Shown piece by piece: positions 30,533 to 32,000 of a stretch of DNA of 32,000 nt; within the stretch, counting starts at the first letter, position 1, and every line of letters begins with the position of its first letter. The notes beneath the pieces were generated by a model. That model was not told where the DNA came from. It did no database searches and saw nothing but the letters and a program-made list of their open reading frames with translations. The translations under genes and the position numbers were made by a program. Source of the DNA: Xanthomonas campestris pv. campestris str. ATCC 33913 (GTDB lineage Bacteria; Pseudomonadota; Gammaproteobacteria; Xanthomonadales; Xanthomonadaceae); contig NC_003902.1 of assembly GCF_000007145.1 (NCBI RefSeq), forward strand, positions 1,807,436 through 1,839,435. The letters run 5' to 3'.

Positions 30533-32000
30533 ATGGCAGAAACCGCCAAGGAAATCATCCAGGTCAACCTGGAAGACGAGATGCGCAAGAGCTACCTCGA
30601 TTACGCGATGAGCGTGATCGTGGGGCGCGCACTCCCCGATGCGCGCGACGGCCTCAAACCCGTGCATCGCCGTGTGCTGTTCGCGATGAACGAGTTGGGC
30701 GCGCACAGCAACAAGGCCTACTTCAAGTCGGCGCGTATCGTCGGCGACGTCATCGGTAAGTACCACCCGCACGGCGACCAGTCGGTCTACGACACGCTGG
30801 TGCGCATGGCGCAGCCGTTCTCGCTGCGCTACCTGATGGTGGACGGCCAGGGTAACTTCGGTTCGGTCGACGGCGACTCCGCCGCGGCGATGCGTTACAC
30901 CGAGTCGCGCATGTCGCGGCTGGCGCATGAGCTGATGGCCGACATCGAGAAGGAAACCGTCGATTTCCAGCCCAACTACGATGAAAAGGAACTCGAGCCG
31001 ACGGTCATGCCGACACGGTTCCCGAGCCTGCTCGTCAACGGGTCGGCTGGTATCGCGGTGGGTATGGCCACCAATATCCCGCCGCACAATCTGACCGAAG
31101 CGATCAACGCGTGCATCGCGCTGATCGACACGCCGGAGCTGGATATCGAAGGGCTGATGGAGTACATCCCGGGCCCGGATTTCCCCACTGCCGGCATCAT
31201 CAACGGCACCGCCGGCATTGCCGCCGGCTACCGCACCGGCCGTGGCCGGGTGCGCATCCGTGCCAAGGCCGACGTGGAAGTGGCCGACAACGGCCGCGAA
31301 GCGATCGTGGTCACCGAGATTCCGTACCAGGTCAACAAGGCACGGCTGATCGAAAAGATCGCCGAGCTGGTGAAGGAAAAGAAGCTCGAAGGCATCAGCG
31401 AGCTGCGCGATGAGTCCGACAAGGACGGCATGCGCATCTACATCGAAATCAAGCGCGGCGAGTCGGCCGAGGTTGTGCTCAACAACCTGTACCAACAGAC
31501 CCAGATGGAGTCGGTGTTCGGCATCAACATGGTGGCGCTGGTCGATGGCCGCCCGCAGTTGATGAACCTCAAGCAGATGCTGGAGGCGTTCATCCGCCAC
31601 CGGCGCGAGGTGGTCACCCGCCGCACCATTTTTGAACTGCGCAAGGCACGCGCACGTGCGCATGTGCTGGAAGGTCTGACCGTTGCGTTGGCCAACATCG
31701 ACGAGATGATTGAGCTGATCAAGACCTCGGCCAATCCGCAGGAAGCGCGCGAGCGCATGCTGGCCAAGACCTGGGAACCGGGCCTGGTGGGCGCGCTGCT
31801 CGGCGCTGCCGGTGCCGAGGCGTCCAAGCCGGAAGATCTGGCGCCGGGCGTGGGCCTGTCCAACGGCTTCTATCAACTCAGCGAAGTGCAGGCCTCGCAG
31901 ATTCTGGAAATGCGTCTGCATCGCCTGACCGGGTTGGAGCAGGAAAAGCTCACCGACGAATACAAGCAGTTGCTCGAAGTCATCCAGGGTCTGATCCGCA
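30533..32000 (+). CDS. gyrA: DNA gyrase subunit A (5' part, continues beyond the window)
   Basis: Hand translation from ATG 30533 gives [52 protein letters not shown]...[25 protein letters not shown]...AAAMRYTE (active-site Tyr region). The frame is open to position 32000, so it is absent from the supplied ORF track. Confidence 0.95.
   Translation, partial: MAETAKEIIQVNLEDEMRKSYLDYAMSVIVGRALPDARDGLKPVHRRVLFAMNELGAHSNKAYFKSARIVGDVIGKYHPHGDQSVYDTLVRMAQPFSLRYLMVDGQGNFGSVDGDSAAAMRYTESRMSRLAHELMADIEKETVDFQPNYDEKELEPTVMPTRFPSLLVNGSAGIAVGMATNIPPHNLTEAINACIALIDTPELDIEGLMEYIPGPDFPTAGIINGTAGIAAGYRTGRGRVRIRAKADVEVADNGREAIVVTEIPYQVNKARLIEKIAELVKEKKLEGISELRDESDKDGMRIYIEIKRGESAEVVLNNLYQQTQMESVFGINMVALVDGRPQLMNLKQMLEAFIRHRREVVTRRTIFELRKARARAHVLEGLTVALANIDEMIELIKTSANPQEARERMLAKTWEPGLVGALLGAAGAEASKPEDLAPGVGLSNGFYQLSEVQASQILEMRLHRLTGLEQEKLTDEYKQLLEVIQGLIR

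Overview
GC-rich, gene-dense chromosomal segment. The proteins look like Xanthomonas / Xanthomonadaceae core genome; all identifications here are by eye, and no search was run. In order, I call:
- nadK, a PF06189-type 5'-nucleotidase, a spermidine-synthase-like protein, DUF2939, DUF2461 and sbcB
- an apparent minus-strand operon nbaC - FUSC/ArAE membrane protein - kynU - kmo (kynurenine -> quinolinate branch of de novo NAD synthesis)
- a beta-carbonic anhydrase, a PaiB-family protein, three tiny translationally coupled ORFs, and asnS
- a HesB/IscA-type Fe-S protein, then rpsF-rpsR-(290-bp repeat-rich spacer)-rplI
- a frameshifted IroE/COG2819-like esterase, then smc-zipA
- a Tat-signal HisC-family aminotransferase, ligA-epmA, a DUF3011 protein and mtnA
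- the first 1.47 kb of gyrA, which is open at the window end and therefore missing from the ORF track

I saw no rRNA or tRNA genes, CRISPR array, transposase, integrase, phage gene or recognisable defence gene. This reads as an ordinary housekeeping region, not an accessory island, so I do not claim a new system with confidence.

The observations most worth a second look are:
1. The asnS - 3 small ORFs - paiB chain, joined with 0-4 nt junctions.
2. The aromatic-acid-exporter-family gene embedded in the kynurenine operon.
3. Repeat structures that the gene map does not explain:
   - a (CAATCCC)7 microsatellite inside an inverted repeat
   - a related heptamer block plus three 33-36-bp hairpin repeats between rpsR and rplI
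   - a 2 x ~116-bp tandem duplication upstream of the broken esterase
   - two inverted copies of a composite multi-hairpin REP/MITE-like element
4. A periplasm-targeted (Tat) PLP aminotransferase.

The many long ORFs antisense to real genes are high-GC shadow ORFs.
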